The position numbers and the translations under genes were made by a program. A stretch of DNA of 60,458 nucleotides, filler included. It is 9 parts of 9 records of this genome, joined end to end, with 100 filler letters (N's around TTAATTAATTAA, not from the genome) between each part and the next. Parts side by side here need not be neighbours in the genome. Positions count along the whole stretch, not along the records: positions 40,207 to 46,681 come from SRR31147125_86656; positions 46,782 to 51,883 come from SRR31147125_86690; positions 51,984 to 60,458 come from SRR31147125_86767; 6 more parts are not named here. One strand, given 5' to 3'. Shown one piece after another: positions 42,027-53,532 of this stretch. The notes below the pieces were generated by a model, which saw only the letters and a program-made list of their open reading frames with translations, made no database searches and was not told where the DNA came from. The first letter of the stretch is position 1. Each line of letters starts with the position of its first letter.

Positions 42027-43106
42027 TTAATTCAGTAAGCCCTTATAGACCTCAAGGCTTCGGGCCACCATCGTTTGCGCACTAAACTCGCGTTCAATTA
42101 AACGCAGACCTTCTTCAGCCATGGTATACGCTTGAGCGCGATCACGCAAACTCTCCTGAATCGCCTTGGATAAAGCCTGCGCATCGCGACAGGGAACTAA
42201 ATGGCCGGTGCGTCCCGGAATCACCATTTCACGCGCACCGCCCGCTTCCGTGGCCACGACCGGAACCTTTAAGGCCAAGGCTTCAAGGATTGAGGTGCCG
42301 AGACCTTCAGACCAACTGGAGGAAACATAAAGATCCGCAGCCCGAATCAAGGCGGGGGCGTCTTTGCGTTGTCCCAGTAACTGCACTGCCCCTTGCAATC
42401 CCAAGTCTTTGATTTGGGCCTCCAGTTGCGTGCGCAAGGCGCCTTCACCCGCGATACATAAACGGGCTTCCGGGTACGCGCCCAAGACCACCTGAAAGGC
42501 TTCCAATAAGGTCGCCTGATCCTTATGCCCCACCAAGGCGCCGGCATTGACCAGCAGTGGCGCTTCAGCGGGAAGCCCCAGACTTTCTCGGGATATCGCA
42601 GGCGCCCTAAGGCGTTCCTCATTCACGGAACTATGCACGACCGTAACCTTCGCTGCGGGAATGCCATGCGCTATCAGCACCTCCCCCACCTTCTCAGAAA
42701 CAGCCAAAAGTCTGTCAGGGGCATGGTATTTCCATTTCATGAAGAGCCCGCCGCGGGGCGGAAAGCTGACCCGACGCGAGGCCACTACCTTCCCCCGTCC
42801 CGCAAAACGACGCGCCAGGATGGCCAGGGTATGCATGTGGCCGGTGTGCGCATGCAAGATATCAATCTCTTCTTTAAGTATTAGGCGGCTGATTTTCCAT
42901 GCAGACCAGAGATCCCATTCGCCTTTCAGGGGCAAGGCCACCTTTTCCAACGCCACGTCCCCATGCGGATTTTCAAGGAAAGCGCTATTGGCGCGACCGA
43001 TTAGGAAGACGTCAAGGCCTTCTCGGGCAATCCCTTGGATAAGCCAGCTGGCCTGTTGCTCTCCCCCACGCCATCCAAGTTGTTCATCAAGGTGTGCTAC
43101 TTTCAA
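42027..43106 (-). CDS. Glycosyltransferase family 4
   Basis: WRGGEQQ, HAHT, HKD, SSWSEGLGTSILEA, PVVAT. Confidence 0.9.
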   Translation of the reverse strand: MKVAHLDEQLGWRGGEQQASWLIQGIAREGLDVFLIGRANSAFLENPHGDVALEKVALPLKGEWDLWSAWKISRLILKEEIDILHAHTGHMHTLAILARRFAGRGKVVASRRVSFPPRGGLFMKWKYHAPDRLLAVSEKVGEVLIAHGIPAAKVTVVHSSVNEERLRAPAISRESLGLPAEAPLLVNAGALVGHKDQATLLEAFQVVLGAYPEARLCIAGEGALRTQLEAQIKDLGLQGAVQLLGQRKDAPALIRAADLYVSSSWSEGLGTSILEALALKVPVVATEAGGAREMVIPGRTGHLVPCRDAQALSKAIQESLRDRAQAYTMAEEGLRLIEREFSAQTMVARSLEVYKGLLN

Positions 43107-43130
43107 AACGGCTTCCTTTGAAAAATCGAA

Positions 43131-44295
43131 CTACGATGCGTTGCGATTGTTGTGCTTGTGTGCATGTAGGGCCAAGGCCTCATGATAGGCCTCGACAGTT
43201 CGCTGCGCGAAAACTTCGACGGAAAAATCACGCAAGACCCGTTTTCGAGCGCGCAATCCCATACTGCGGCGTAAGGCGGGCTTTTCGATAAGCTGCGCCA
43301 TCGCCTGAGCCAAGGGCGCCACTGTGCCTGCCGGAACTACAAAACCTTCTTCCCCATCATTGACAATTTCAGGGAGCCCCCATGATCCGATGCTATCACC
43401 GCTTTTTCCGCAGCCATCTCTTCCTTGAGGCTGAAGGAGGAGGTGTCACAATCGATGGAAGGAAGAATGCCGATATCAAAGGCCTGGGTGCAGGCGACCA
43501 TGTCCGTGCGAAAACCAGCGAAGCAGACCTGCTTTTCCAGCCCAAGGGCCGCCACCTGTCTGCGTAGTTCCGGCTCCAAAGCGCCTTGGCCCAGCAGGAG
43601 TAAGCGAAGTTGTGGAAAACGTTCTATCAGGCTTGCGGCCGCTTCAAAAAGATAGCAATGCCCTTTGGCTTTCACAAGCCTGGCCGCAATACCAAAAACA
43701 ATCTCCTCCTCGCCATAGCCGAACTCGGCCCGCATTTGAGCGCGCAGCTTGGTGTCGGCTTGATAAGAAGAAGCGTCTACCCCATTGTGAATACTACACA
43801 TACGGCTTCCATCAAAAGCGGGATGTTGGGCCAAATTTTGGCGCACAATATCGCAGACCACGATCTGATAATCCGTCAGGCGCCGATTGAGCATGCGATT
43901 GGGCCAACTGGCTTTGACAGGATAGGTGTTGTGACGCGTACGCACCACACAGACAGGCCGTCCTAACGTCCAATTACCGAGCCCGGCAATCCAATGATCC
44001 TGCGATCCGTTGACGTGAAGTATATCGGGTTGCATTTCCTGGATATAGCGGCGTATGGCGCGAATGTCGTGTCCCCAACATTTCGGTCGAAGTCCCCCGC
44101 GGAAAGTGAAGCGATCATCCGCTAAAACGCCTGCTTCCTGTGCGCGCTCTAGCAGCACGCTCCCAGGCTTACAGCCGATGGTGACCGCCTGGCCCATAAT
44201 ATGGAGTTGACGCGCCAAGCGCTTGAGATAGGTGACTTGTCCTCCCCCTGCAAATGGGGATCGGTGAGAAGAATTTTCAATGGTGAAGGACTCAT
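43131..44295 (-). CDS. Glycosyltransferase family 4 with frameshifts near 44245 and 43378
   Basis: MSPSPLKILLTDPH start at 44295; ARLVKAKGH, GFRTD, ILPS; C-terminal piece 43131-43322 (RRSMGLRARKRVLRDFS). Confidence 0.82.
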
Positions 44296-44457
44296 CCTGA
44301 TGCGTGTGGCTTTCTTGGACTTGGCACGTTGGATCTGCAGCGATCTATAGTTTCAAGGATGGCCCGGAGGGCTACATAGTCAAAGGGCACGGGCATAACT
44401 TCGCACAACAGAAAGCGGAGCACTAGAGGAAAGTGTTCTTCAGGCAAGAGGGAACGT

Positions 44458-44715
44458 TTATGCTTCCTGTTTTGGCTTGGTCTGTTCCGCTGCGGTTTCT
44501 TCCTCAGCGCCGCCTTCTTTGGCCTGCTCCTCTGCTTGAGCTTCTGCCGCCTGAAAAAGGTCCGGTTCTTCTGGGGCCTCACCATGCGCCCCCTCAAGCA
44601 AATCACTTATCCGGGCATTGCTCTCGTCCAAGGCCTTCATGGCTTCCGCCAGTTCTTCATCGACGGACTCGAAATCATCCGAACGCTTGATTGTTACTTT
44701 CTCTTTTTTCGCCAT
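44458..44715 (-). CDS. Small acidic hypothetical protein
   Basis: MAKKEKVTIKRSDDFESVDEEL...; lies in the operon downstream of the HDOD gene. Confidence 0.55.
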   Translation of the reverse strand: MAKKEKVTIKRSDDFESVDEELAEAMKALDESNARISDLLEGAHGEAPEEPDLFQAAEAQAEEQAKEGGAEEETAAEQTKPKQEA

Positions 44716-44740
44716 AACGATTACAGGAACTTCTTTCTGC

Positions 44741-45619
44741 CTAGAGCTGAATCTTGGGGGCCTCACTAAGGGTCTTGACGTATTGCGAAATCGTAGCCAG
44801 ACGATCTTCTTCCGCCAGGGGATTCTTTACATCCTCCAAAGCGTCCCACGATTCCTGATCTTCTAAGAAGTCAAAAGGACCGACCCCGTCAAGGTCGGTT
44901 TGACTTGCCGCTTTAGCGATACGAATCACAGCAGCCAACTTGGGATCGGCGGCGTCTTTGATCGGTCGTTCCGGATTGCGATACTGAAACCAGAGCGCAT
45001 CTGAGAGCGTTTTGGGCAAGCTCCAATTGGCGGCCAGCGCCATGGCGACATCGGCATGGGTGCAGCCGATTTCCTCTAACTCTTCCTGACACAGCTGCAA
45101 GGGGTCTTCCCCGTTCTGCTTAATAATGCTTTTGTAATCTTCCCCGATTTCTTTGAGCAAGACCATTTTACCGATGTCGGTAAGCAAGCCGGTGATGAAC
45201 TCTTCACCCTGAAGGCCCAGGCCCATATCCTCTCCCAGGTTCTTGGCAATGCCCGCCACCACCAAAGAAGAATTCCAGATATCGTGGGCGAGACTGACGT
45301 CGCCCTCTTCATTCTTCAGGGTTTCAAAAACAGAAATACCCAAAACAATATTGCGCACTTCGCGCACGCCAAGAATCACGAGCGCCAGTTTCAAGGTGCC
45401 CACATACTGTTTCATCCCATAATAGGAAGAATTGCTCACCCGCAGTATTTTTGCGGTCATGGCGGGATCAGCCTGAATGGCGTCACTGACTTCAGACATT
45501 TCCACGGATGGATCATCGGTCATGCGTAATACTTCGGAGACGACACTGGGCATGGCCGGCAAATCACCGACCCGTGCAATGATATCTTCAACGGCTTGTT
45601 GATCAGCCATAGCTTTCAT
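44741..45619 (-). CDS. HDOD domain protein
   Basis: LPAMP, DPAMTAKILRVSNSSYYG, ALVILG, GLLTDIGK, HADV..W.LP. Confidence 0.9.
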   Translation of the reverse strand: MKAMADQQAVEDIIARVGDLPAMPSVVSEVLRMTDDPSVEMSEVSDAIQADPAMTAKILRVSNSSYYGMKQYVGTLKLALVILGVREVRNIVLGISVFETLKNEEGDVSLAHDIWNSSLVVAGIAKNLGEDMGLGLQGEEFITGLLTDIGKMVLLKEIGEDYKSIIKQNGEDPLQLCQEELEEIGCTHADVAMALAANWSLPKTLSDALWFQYRNPERPIKDAADPKLAAVIRIAKAASQTDLDGVGPFDFLEDQESWDALEDVKNPLAEEDRLATISQYVKTLSEAPKIQL

Positions 45620-45637
45620 TTCCTTTTCAGTAGAAGG

Positions 45638-46468
45638 CTAACGACACAATAAGACCGGACATGGCGCGTGATTAATGGCATAGGTCGTGGTGCTGCCAAC
45701 CACCAATTCACGCACTCTGGAATGGCCATAGGCCCCCATCACTAAGAGTACAGCCTTTTGCTCTTGTGCATACTGAGCAATGACTGCGCCTGCATCTCCC
45801 TCACGTCGTGCGTATTTTACAGAAATGTCATGGGCTTGTAAATACTTCTGTGCTTCCTGGCTATGTTCTTCCGCATCCGGCCCCCCGACCACCAGTAATT
45901 CCAAGGGGATTTTCCAGTTTTCTGCGATGGTGGCCGCAGTTTTCAGCGCGTGCCGGGCGTGCAAGGATCCATCATAGGCCATCACGCAAGGCCCCTCCCC
46001 CACGCTATCCTCATCGGTGACCAGGACAGGCAAGGTCGCCCGTCGAATCACGGCTTCGGTCGTCGATCCCATAATTCCTTCAAGCCATTCACGGTGTTCC
46101 CCCCCACGCCCCATCACCACCAAATCCGCCAATTCACTCGCTTCAACTATCATATGGTGAACAATACCGGTGCTCATTGAGGTCTCGCAAGGAACATCGG
46201 CTGCAGCACAGGCTTCCTGGAGCAGCGCCAAGGCGGACTCCCCGCGTTTTTCCAGAATCATGGCGATGTTACCCTGGTAATTAACATAGGGCGCCGTACC
46301 CAATGATGCGGACAAATCGCGAAGGAAGGGGCCTTCTAAAAGCTTAATGTCAATCACATGCAGGCCCAGGATGGCTGCGCCCCGTTCCTTGGCTACGGCA
46401 ATGGCGTACCGAAGCCCCACCATAGCCGCCTCACTCCCATCCGTCGGCACAAGAATTCGCTTAAACAT
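45638..46468 (-). CDS. Tandem universal stress protein
   Basis: KRILVPTDGS, DLVVMGRGG, GSTT, AYDGS, MGAYGHSR. Confidence 0.92.
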   Translation of the reverse strand: MFKRILVPTDGSEAAMVGLRYAIAVAKERGAAILGLHVIDIKLLEGPFLRDLSASLGTAPYVNYQGNIAMILEKRGESALALLQEACAAADVPCETSMSTGIVHHMIVEASELADLVVMGRGGEHREWLEGIMGSTTEAVIRRATLPVLVTDEDSVGEGPCVMAYDGSLHARHALKTAATIAENWKIPLELLVVGGPDAEEHSQEAQKYLQAHDISVKYARREGDAGAVIAQYAQEQKAVLLVMGAYGHSRVRELVVGSTTTYAINHAPCPVLLCR

Positions 46469-46520
46469 GACCCACCTTTATCCCTATGAGATTTCGCTCA
46501 TGGTTGATCGCACAGTCCCA

Positions 46521-46681
46521 TTATACACCAACGGTCAAGCGCCCGAAGGATTCTAAAATACCAATGCCGACATGTTGGCTTTTTTCCGGGTGAAATTGTA
46601 CGGCAAAGACATTGCCCTTGCCGACCATAGCGCAAAAATCAAGGCCATAGTCACAGGTGGCCAAGATAATTTCCGGATCTT
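46521..46681 (-). CDS. hisH: Imidazole glycerol phosphate synthase glutaminase subunit, C-terminal end (absent from the ORF track)
   Basis: Hand translation: DPEIILATCDYGLDFCAMVGKGNVFAVQFHPEKSQHVGIGILESFGRLTVGV*. Confidence 0.9.
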
Positions 46682-46781
46682 NNNNNNNNNNNNNNNNNNN
46701 NNNNNNNNNNNNNNNNNNNNNNNNNTTAATTAATTAANNNNNNNNNNNNNNNNNNNNNNNNNNNNNNNNNNNNNNNNNNNN
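46682..46781. other. Artificial contig linker
   Basis: N44-TTAATTAATTAA-N44. Confidence 0.98.
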
Positions 46782-46861
46782 TGGGCAAGTTATTAAAGAC
46801 CGATTCCTAAACTATAAATAGCGGTGAGAAGATACCATCATTTTTTAATGAGGAAACACCA

Positions 46862-49324
46862 ATGAACAATAAAAGAGACAACACTAGGCAAAAACATAAA
46901 AGTAGTTTTTGGACAGGGTTCACGACGCACGTCATCCGCCACCGGTGGATGTGGCTCATTGGCGTCATCGGGATATCCCTATTTTTCGGTCTCCAGATGA
47001 CCAACGTTCGGTTCGACAACTCCAGCGACATCTGGTTCGTCGAAGATCACCCTGCAATCAAGGCCACGGATCGGTTTGATGAGGCTTTCGGCAATGTCGA
47101 TTACGTGTACATTCTCTTTACGCAGGAAGAGACGCCTTTTACCCCGGACAATCTCACGGCAATGGACAAACTGGCCCATCGATTTATGGAGAAAGTCCCC
47201 TATGCCCACAAGGTGACCTGGCTGGGTAATTCCGAACGCATCAGTGGAACGGGTGGGGATAGCGATGAAGTGCTCATCGAAGACTTTTTCTTCCATTCCG
47301 GCAACGGATGAAGCGATCTCCCGGAAACTCAAGGAGGCCATGGCAGAACCGGATTTTGTCAACAATCTCATCTCCGAGGATGGTACGGTTCTGACCATGC
47401 TCATCGAGCTGGATACCTATCCGGGAGAAGAGGAGGACACCAACCCGCGCTATACGGTGGCAGAAGCCGTGAACGAGGTGTTGGCGGAAAGCGCGTTTGC
47501 CTCATTGAAACCCCATGTCGCCGGGAGCCCCCATTTCAGCTATGAATACGATGCCATTGCCAAAAAGGAGACCGGCAGACTCTTCATGATGATTTTAGGG
47601 GTCATGGCCCTGCTGCTCTTTTGGTTCGGCCGCGGCCCAAGGGGGATCTTCGTTCCACTCATCATCACATTTGTCGCTGTCTTCTGGACCATCGGTTCCA
47701 TCGGTCTCATGGGGTTTACCATGAATCTATTGAGCATTGCCCTTCCCACCATGCTCATCTGTGTCGGCATTGGCGATTCCATGCATGCCATCGCCTCATT
47801 TCACGACCATGTCGACAGAGGAATGGCCCGCATTGACGCCCTAAAAAAAGCCTTTGCCGAGGTGGGAAGTGCCATCATGCTCACCTCCCTGACCACCGCC
47901 ATCGGTTTTCTCGCCTTTCTGACCACCCATGTCAAACCTTACCGGGAGATGGGCATTTACGTTGCCCTGGGGGTATTGTACGCCTTTATCCTCACTGCAA
48001 TCTTGACGCCCATTTTTTACTCTTTTGGAAAAAAACATCCTAAAGGAAGTAAAAAACGGGCCGGTCTCGGAGCACGGGGAGATCTGTTTGACCGGTGGTT
48101 ATCGACCATTCACCAAATCGTTGCTGCCAAAAAAAGACAATCCTTCTCATTTTTTGCGCAATCATGGCCACCACATTCGGCGGCTACCTCATGGTCAAAG
48201 TGGAGTCCAACACCTCGAAGCTCATGTTTAAAAGCGTACCGCTTCGCCAAACCCTCGATCTGATCGACCAAAAGCTCGGAGCAACCTATACCCTTGAATT
48301 TTTACTCAACACAGGGAGCGCTTCGGGCATCAAAGATCCGGTGTTCATGAAAAAGCTGGACCAACTGATGGTGGCGGCAGAGGAACATCCTCTGGTGACA
48401 AAAAGCATCTCCGTCAGCTCGGTGCTCAAGAAAATGCGCAGAGCCTTGCATGGCAATGACGAGGCGTTTTACGTCCTGCCGGACTCACGGGAAGCCCTTG
48501 CGCAATATCTCTTTTTGTACGAAACCTCCGGAGGGGATACCCTGGATCGTCTGGTGGGATTCACCTATGATCAGGCCAGGCTCTCATTGCGTACCCGCTC
48601 CCTTGACACCGGGGATGCCAGGGAGCTGGCGGCGTTCATGCAGACCAAGGTCGATGAGCTGTTTGCGGGCAGCCAGGTGAAGATTACGGCAGCCGGAGGC
48701 TTGATGAATTACATCGCCCTCACCGACATCTTGTTTGAAGGGCAGAGTCGCAGTTTCATCGCGGCGCTAATGGCCATCACCGTTGTCATGATGATCGTGC
48801 TTCGCTCCTTCAAGCTGGGACTCATCAGTATGATCCCCAACGTGTTTCCCGTTTTTGCCACCATGGGCTTCATGGGGCTTATCGGTTGGTACTTAGATGT
48901 CATTACCATCAGCTTTGCGGCGGTGATCATCGGTGTGGCGGTTGACGACACCATTCACTTTTTCTCCCGGTTCAAAGCGGAATTCAAACGGCTTGGCACC
49001 TATGACGGTGCATTGGGTGAAACCCTCAGGACAGTGGGCAGGCCCATCACCTTCACCACCATTATCCTGATTCTCGGAAACGGGGTCTTTCTCTTTTCCT
49101 GCCTGCTTGGTTTTTTCAAGCTGGGGCTGCTTTTCGGCTTTGCCTTTTTATGGGCTCTTCTTGCCGATTTCCTCTTTGCCCCGGCGCTGATTTTTCTCAT
49201 AAAACCTCTGGGGCCGGAGCATGTTTGTGCAACTCATCCTCACGATGCCCCGGCAACCGTCCAAGAGAGATCCACCGAACAGCAAAAGATCAACGTTCAA
49301 GACCCTGCAAAGGCGGGGATTTAA
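46862..49324 (+). CDS. MMPL/RND-family transporter split by two frameshifts (~47290, ~48135)
   Basis: VGIGDSMH, LTSLTTAIGF, SMIPN, IGVAVDDTIH, ADFLFAPAL across three consecutive ORFs. Confidence 0.88.
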
Positions 49325-49431
49325 AAAATGACTGCCATTGCAAGAGAGCTTGTCGCAACAAAGGGTGGAAACTCACGACACCCATGGTGTGAAACGTTCA
49401 TGTTACAAGATTTAAATTTAAGGAGTAAACG

Positions 49432-50214
49432 ATGAAAAAGATATTTTACCTGATTCTCCCGGTACTCTTTCTGTTGCCGGGATACGGCTCGGCAAAGATG
49501 AGCGGACGCGACATCATGCTCAAAGTGGATGCCGTGGACACCAGCAGGGACACCGCCATGAAATCGACCATGATCATCGAACGAGGGAAATTGAAGCTCG
49601 TCCGGGCCATGGAACACATGACCAAACAGTATGGAGAGGATCTAAAAGACGAGCGAACCCTGATCCGATTTACCAAACCTGCCGATGTCTTCAAAACCGC
49701 CTATCTCACCTGGTCTTACGATGCGGTGGATCGCGAAGACGATATGTGGGTCTATCTGCCGGCGGAAAAACTGGTTCGCAGGATCAGCGGTGGCGGGAAA
49801 AAAGGCGCGTTCATGCGCTCGGACCTGGCCAACGAAGATATTGAAGACCGCTCCATCGACGATGATACCCATGAACTTCTGGACAGCAAAAATGTTTCAG
49901 GAGCGGATTGCTGGGTGATTGAATCGACGCCTCGAAAAGAGTTGCAAAAAGAGACCAACTATTCCAAACGGGTTCAGTTTATCCGTAAGGATATCTATCT
50001 TCCGGTACGAACCGAATACTACGACAAACGGGGACGGCTGATGAAAACGGCGACCCATGGCGGCTTCAAAGAGATCGACGGCATCTGGACCATCACCAAG
50101 AGCATCTTTGAAACGCCGTCGAGAAAAACGCGAACCCTGTTTCAGAGAACCGATATCGCCTATAACACCGGCATTGACGATGCGCTGTTTCAGCAGAGTA
50201 ACTTGAAACGATAA
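49432..50214 (+). CDS. Outer-membrane lipoprotein-sorting (LolA-like) protein
   Basis: Signal peptide; FTKPADV, DDMWVYLPA..VRRI, FMRSD, EYYDKRGRLMK. Confidence 0.85.
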   Translation: MKKIFYLILPVLFLLPGYGSAKMSGRDIMLKVDAVDTSRDTAMKSTMIIERGKLKLVRAMEHMTKQYGEDLKDERTLIRFTKPADVFKTAYLTWSYDAVDREDDMWVYLPAEKLVRRISGGGKKGAFMRSDLANEDIEDRSIDDDTHELLDSKNVSGADCWVIESTPRKELQKETNYSKRVQFIRKDIYLPVRTEYYDKRGRLMKTATHGGFKEIDGIWTITKSIFETPSRKTRTLFQRTDIAYNTGIDDALFQQSNLKR

Positions 50215-50216
50215 AC

Positions 50217-51782
50217 ATGAGCCAGATATTGAAAGCTGCAACAGTGGGAACGATGATCATCATCTTGACGTTGTTCGATCTTTCGACAGGATGCGAAATG
50301 GCGGACGCGGGCAGTGAGATGCCTGTATCGCAATCACCGGAAGAACAGGAACACACCCTTGAAGGGGATCCTTTTGCCGGTGTTGACGATTTTTCTTCCG
50401 ACTTCGATGCGGCAGCCCAAGCGGTATCCGATCAACCATCGGGAGGAAGAAAATTCCGGACCGATCTCCATGGATACCTTGAAAGTCGTAATCGCCTGCG
50501 CCTCACCGATGGGGAGTGGCTCTCCACCAGGCAGCGCCTCTGGCTGGAGTTGGACACCTCTTTTCACCCCTCTTCCGGTGTTAGGGGCGGCACTGATACG
50601 AAAATTGGGGCAGCTACCTTTGATGATGATTTTGGTGTTGGCGTTGGTGCACCGTATCGCTTTTTTGCCTCTGGCGCCATTGATGTCGATCCGTCGGCTG
50701 CCGACCTCTCAGATGATACCGACCCTGCCAGGCTGTATGTGGAGGAAGCCTTTATCACCATCGATCAACCGGAATGGGATCTGATGATCGGGCAGAAGAT
50801 TCACCGCACCGGCACCGGAGACGGCATCAATCCCATGGATCTGGTCAATCCGGTGGATTATCGCGATCCCATGGCAAACGGCAGGTCAGACAGCCGTCTG
50901 CCCATTCCCCTTGCCTTTGCCTCTTTTCAGCTTCCCCATCACGGCATTGTCCAGGAAGCCGTGTTTGAGGCGATCTTCATCCCTTTGGCCCGGGTGAATA
51001 AACTCAATGCATCGGGATCTCCCTGGGAAAGTATCGGCCTTGCCGCCATCAGACAGCAGGCTGCTGAAGGTACGCTGATTCTGGAGGGGCAGCAGGAACC
51101 TGACCGATATTTTGAAGAAGCTGAATTCGGTATTCGTCTGGCTGCCACCTTTTCCGGTTGGGATGTGGGACTGGTGGGCTTTTCAGGCTACAAGGATTCA
51201 CCGGTTTTCACTGCTTACACCGTCCAAACAGATGGAGAGGAAACGTTGTCCAGCACCGAAGACGTGCTTTCCATCACGCCGGATCATCCCAAGTTTTCAG
51301 CAATTGGGCTCACTTTTGCCAAGGGATTTGAGCGCTCGACCCTGCGGGGAGAGCTGGCATGGAAACCCGATCTCCCCCTGACAGCTGCAAACTTGGGAAC
51401 AACCAACGGATTTCTGCGCCGCAGTGTCACTGAAGGGGTGGTGGGAATCGATCGCACATTCGGCGTGAATCTCTATACCAATGTGCAGTATTTCTTCACC
51501 ATCACCGACAATGCGTCCCGGACGACCTGCGACACCTTTGCCCACGGCATGACCTACGAGGTGAACGACAAGTTTTTCAATGATGATCTCAAAAGCGGGA
51601 TTCGAGGCATTGTCTCCTTTTCCCATGAAGGATGGACACTTGAAACATATGCCGAATACCAGCCCCTTGACGACTGGCTTCTTTCCCTCTCCATGCTGCT
51701 GCTTGAAGGCCCGGACGACGGAAATTACGGCACTTACGATGACAATGACGCTTTAACACTGCGGTTGAGGTATTCGTTTTAA
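50217..51782 (+). CDS. DUF1302-like outer-membrane beta-barrel protein
   Basis: EEAFI, IGQKI..GTGDGINPMDLVNP.D, LRGELA, terminal LRYSF. Confidence 0.72.
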   Translation: MSQILKAATVGTMIIILTLFDLSTGCEMADAGSEMPVSQSPEEQEHTLEGDPFAGVDDFSSDFDAAAQAVSDQPSGGRKFRTDLHGYLESRNRLRLTDGEWLSTRQRLWLELDTSFHPSSGVRGGTDTKIGAATFDDDFGVGVGAPYRFFASGAIDVDPSAADLSDDTDPARLYVEEAFITIDQPEWDLMIGQKIHRTGTGDGINPMDLVNPVDYRDPMANGRSDSRLPIPLAFASFQLPHHGIVQEAVFEAIFIPLARVNKLNASGSPWESIGLAAIRQQAAEGTLILEGQQEPDRYFEEAEFGIRLAATFSGWDVGLVGFSGYKDSPVFTAYTVQTDGEETLSSTEDVLSITPDHPKFSAIGLTFAKGFERSTLRGELAWKPDLPLTAANLGTTNGFLRRSVTEGVVGIDRTFGVNLYTNVQYFFTITDNASRTTCDTFAHGMTYEVNDKFFNDDLKSGIRGIVSFSHEGWTLETYAEYQPLDDWLLSLSMLLLEGPDDGNYGTYDDNDALTLRLRYSF

Positions 51783-51857
51783 ACGGGCATGACTGTCAAT
51801 CCGCCCCTCCCGAATATAGAATTTTGTATCAATTTCCACAATCAACTATTTCTTGCT

Positions 51858-51883
51858 CCCCCTCTCCATTCATGGAGAGGGGG
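51858..51883. repeat. REP-like GC-rich hairpin at the contig end
   Basis: CCCCCTCTCCAT-TC-ATGGAGAGGGGG perfect inverted repeat. Confidence 0.6.
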
Positions 51884-51983
51884 NNNNNNNNNNNNNNNNN
51901 NNNNNNNNNNNNNNNNNNNNNNNNNNNTTAATTAATTAANNNNNNNNNNNNNNNNNNNNNNNNNNNNNNNNNNNNNNNNNNNN
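51884..51983. other. Artificial contig linker
   Basis: N44-TTAATTAATTAA-N44. Confidence 0.98.
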
Positions 51984-53532
51984 TTTTTTCATCCCCTTCG
52001 ATATAACGGGGGAGATCTCCGTCGGGAAGGTAGATGATTTCCAGCCCCTTCTCAAGGGCTTTCAGGGACACCATATCGACGATCCCCCGGAGGAAGTTGG
52101 GAAGATTGAAGGAGGATTCATGAAGCTCCATCTGGTTTTCTTCTATTTTGGACAGGTCCAGTATCTGATTGATCAGGTTGAGCAGGTGCTCTCCGCACCG
52201 TTCTATTATCCGGATTCCCTCGAGCTGGGAGGAGCTGAGGCTCCTGTCCTTGCCCAGAATCTGGGCGTAACCCAGTATCCCGTTCAGGGGGGTCCTCAGT
52301 TCGTGGCTCATATTGGCCAGGAACCGGCTTTTCGCCCGGTTGGCCTGTTCCGCATTGATCTTGGCGGTTTTCAGTTCCTGTTCGATGATATTACGCTGCT
52401 GGATCTCTCCTTCCAGGGCCCTGGTGCGGGATTTGACCTGGTCCTCCAGGTGATCCTTGTGCTCCTTCAGTTCCCTGTTCCGGGATTCCAGAGCATCCAC
52501 CATCCTGTCGAAGCTGCTGTTCAGGGTGCGGGCTTCCAGATAGGTCTTCTCCGGGAACCGGATGGATACGGATTCATTGGATTCCGCCACCCGGTCCGCT
52601 TTGGCTGCCAGATCCGTCAGGGGACGGGAGATCTTTCTGATCCCTTTCAGCAGGACAATGAAGATGATCAGGATGTACAGGACAATGATCAGCAGGGATG
52701 TGACCGCCAGGGAGATCAGAGGGCGGAAGGCCTGAAACACCTCCTGGGAAGCTCCGATTTTCCAGCCGTTCTCCATGGTCCGGATACTGCCGATTCGCCA
52801 GGATTCCGAATAGTCATCGAAGAAGACCCGGGGGCCGTCGTCTTCTCTTCCGGATTTCAGCAGAGGGTAGTTTCCGTAATTCAGACTCTGATGGACAAAG
52901 TTGCTGTCCGGGTGGGCGATCAGTACGTTGGAACGGTCCACAATGAATGAGCTGACGGGGCTTTCGGCATTCATCTCCTGAATCGTTTCCTCAAGGAGAT
53001 CCAGATCCATCTCCCCGAATATCAGTCCTGCAAATTCATCATTTTCAATGAGCGGATGGGCGATGATGATAACAACGCTTCCGTCATTGATGGAAATGTA
53101 GGGTTCGGAAAAATAGATTCCCCGGGACATCCGGGATTCGGTGAAAAAGGTTTCGTAGGAGAGGTCGAATCCGGTTATCTGATAGGTATCGGTATTGTGC
53201 AGGAGAACGATTCCTTCGGAATTGAGATAGTACAGGGATGAGAAGCGGGTGTATTCCGTTCTGAACTCCTTCAAAAGGGTATTGTAGGTGTCCAGTTCCA
53301 CACTCCCTATCAGGGAGGTCAGGGTCCGGATCATCAGCCCTGTCTCCATCAGATACTGCCTTGTTGTATTGGAGATGGAGGAGAGCAGGGTCGTCTGATT
53401 CTTCCTGATCTCTCCCAGAAGGATCCAGGAGATGATGGTGATGAATATCATCAGGGAAAACAGCATGGCAAAGAAGGGAATGACCAGCCAGCGGAGCAGA
53501 TGGACCTTGATGCTTCTGGGGTTCTTTCTCAT
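51984..53532 (-). CDS. Sensor histidine kinase (dCache-HAMP-HisKA), 3'-truncated
   Basis: Two TMs, YFSEPYIS..LIAHPD Cache motifs, FLANMSHELRTPLNGILG; ATG 53532 overlaps the upstream stop (ATGA). Confidence 0.92.
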
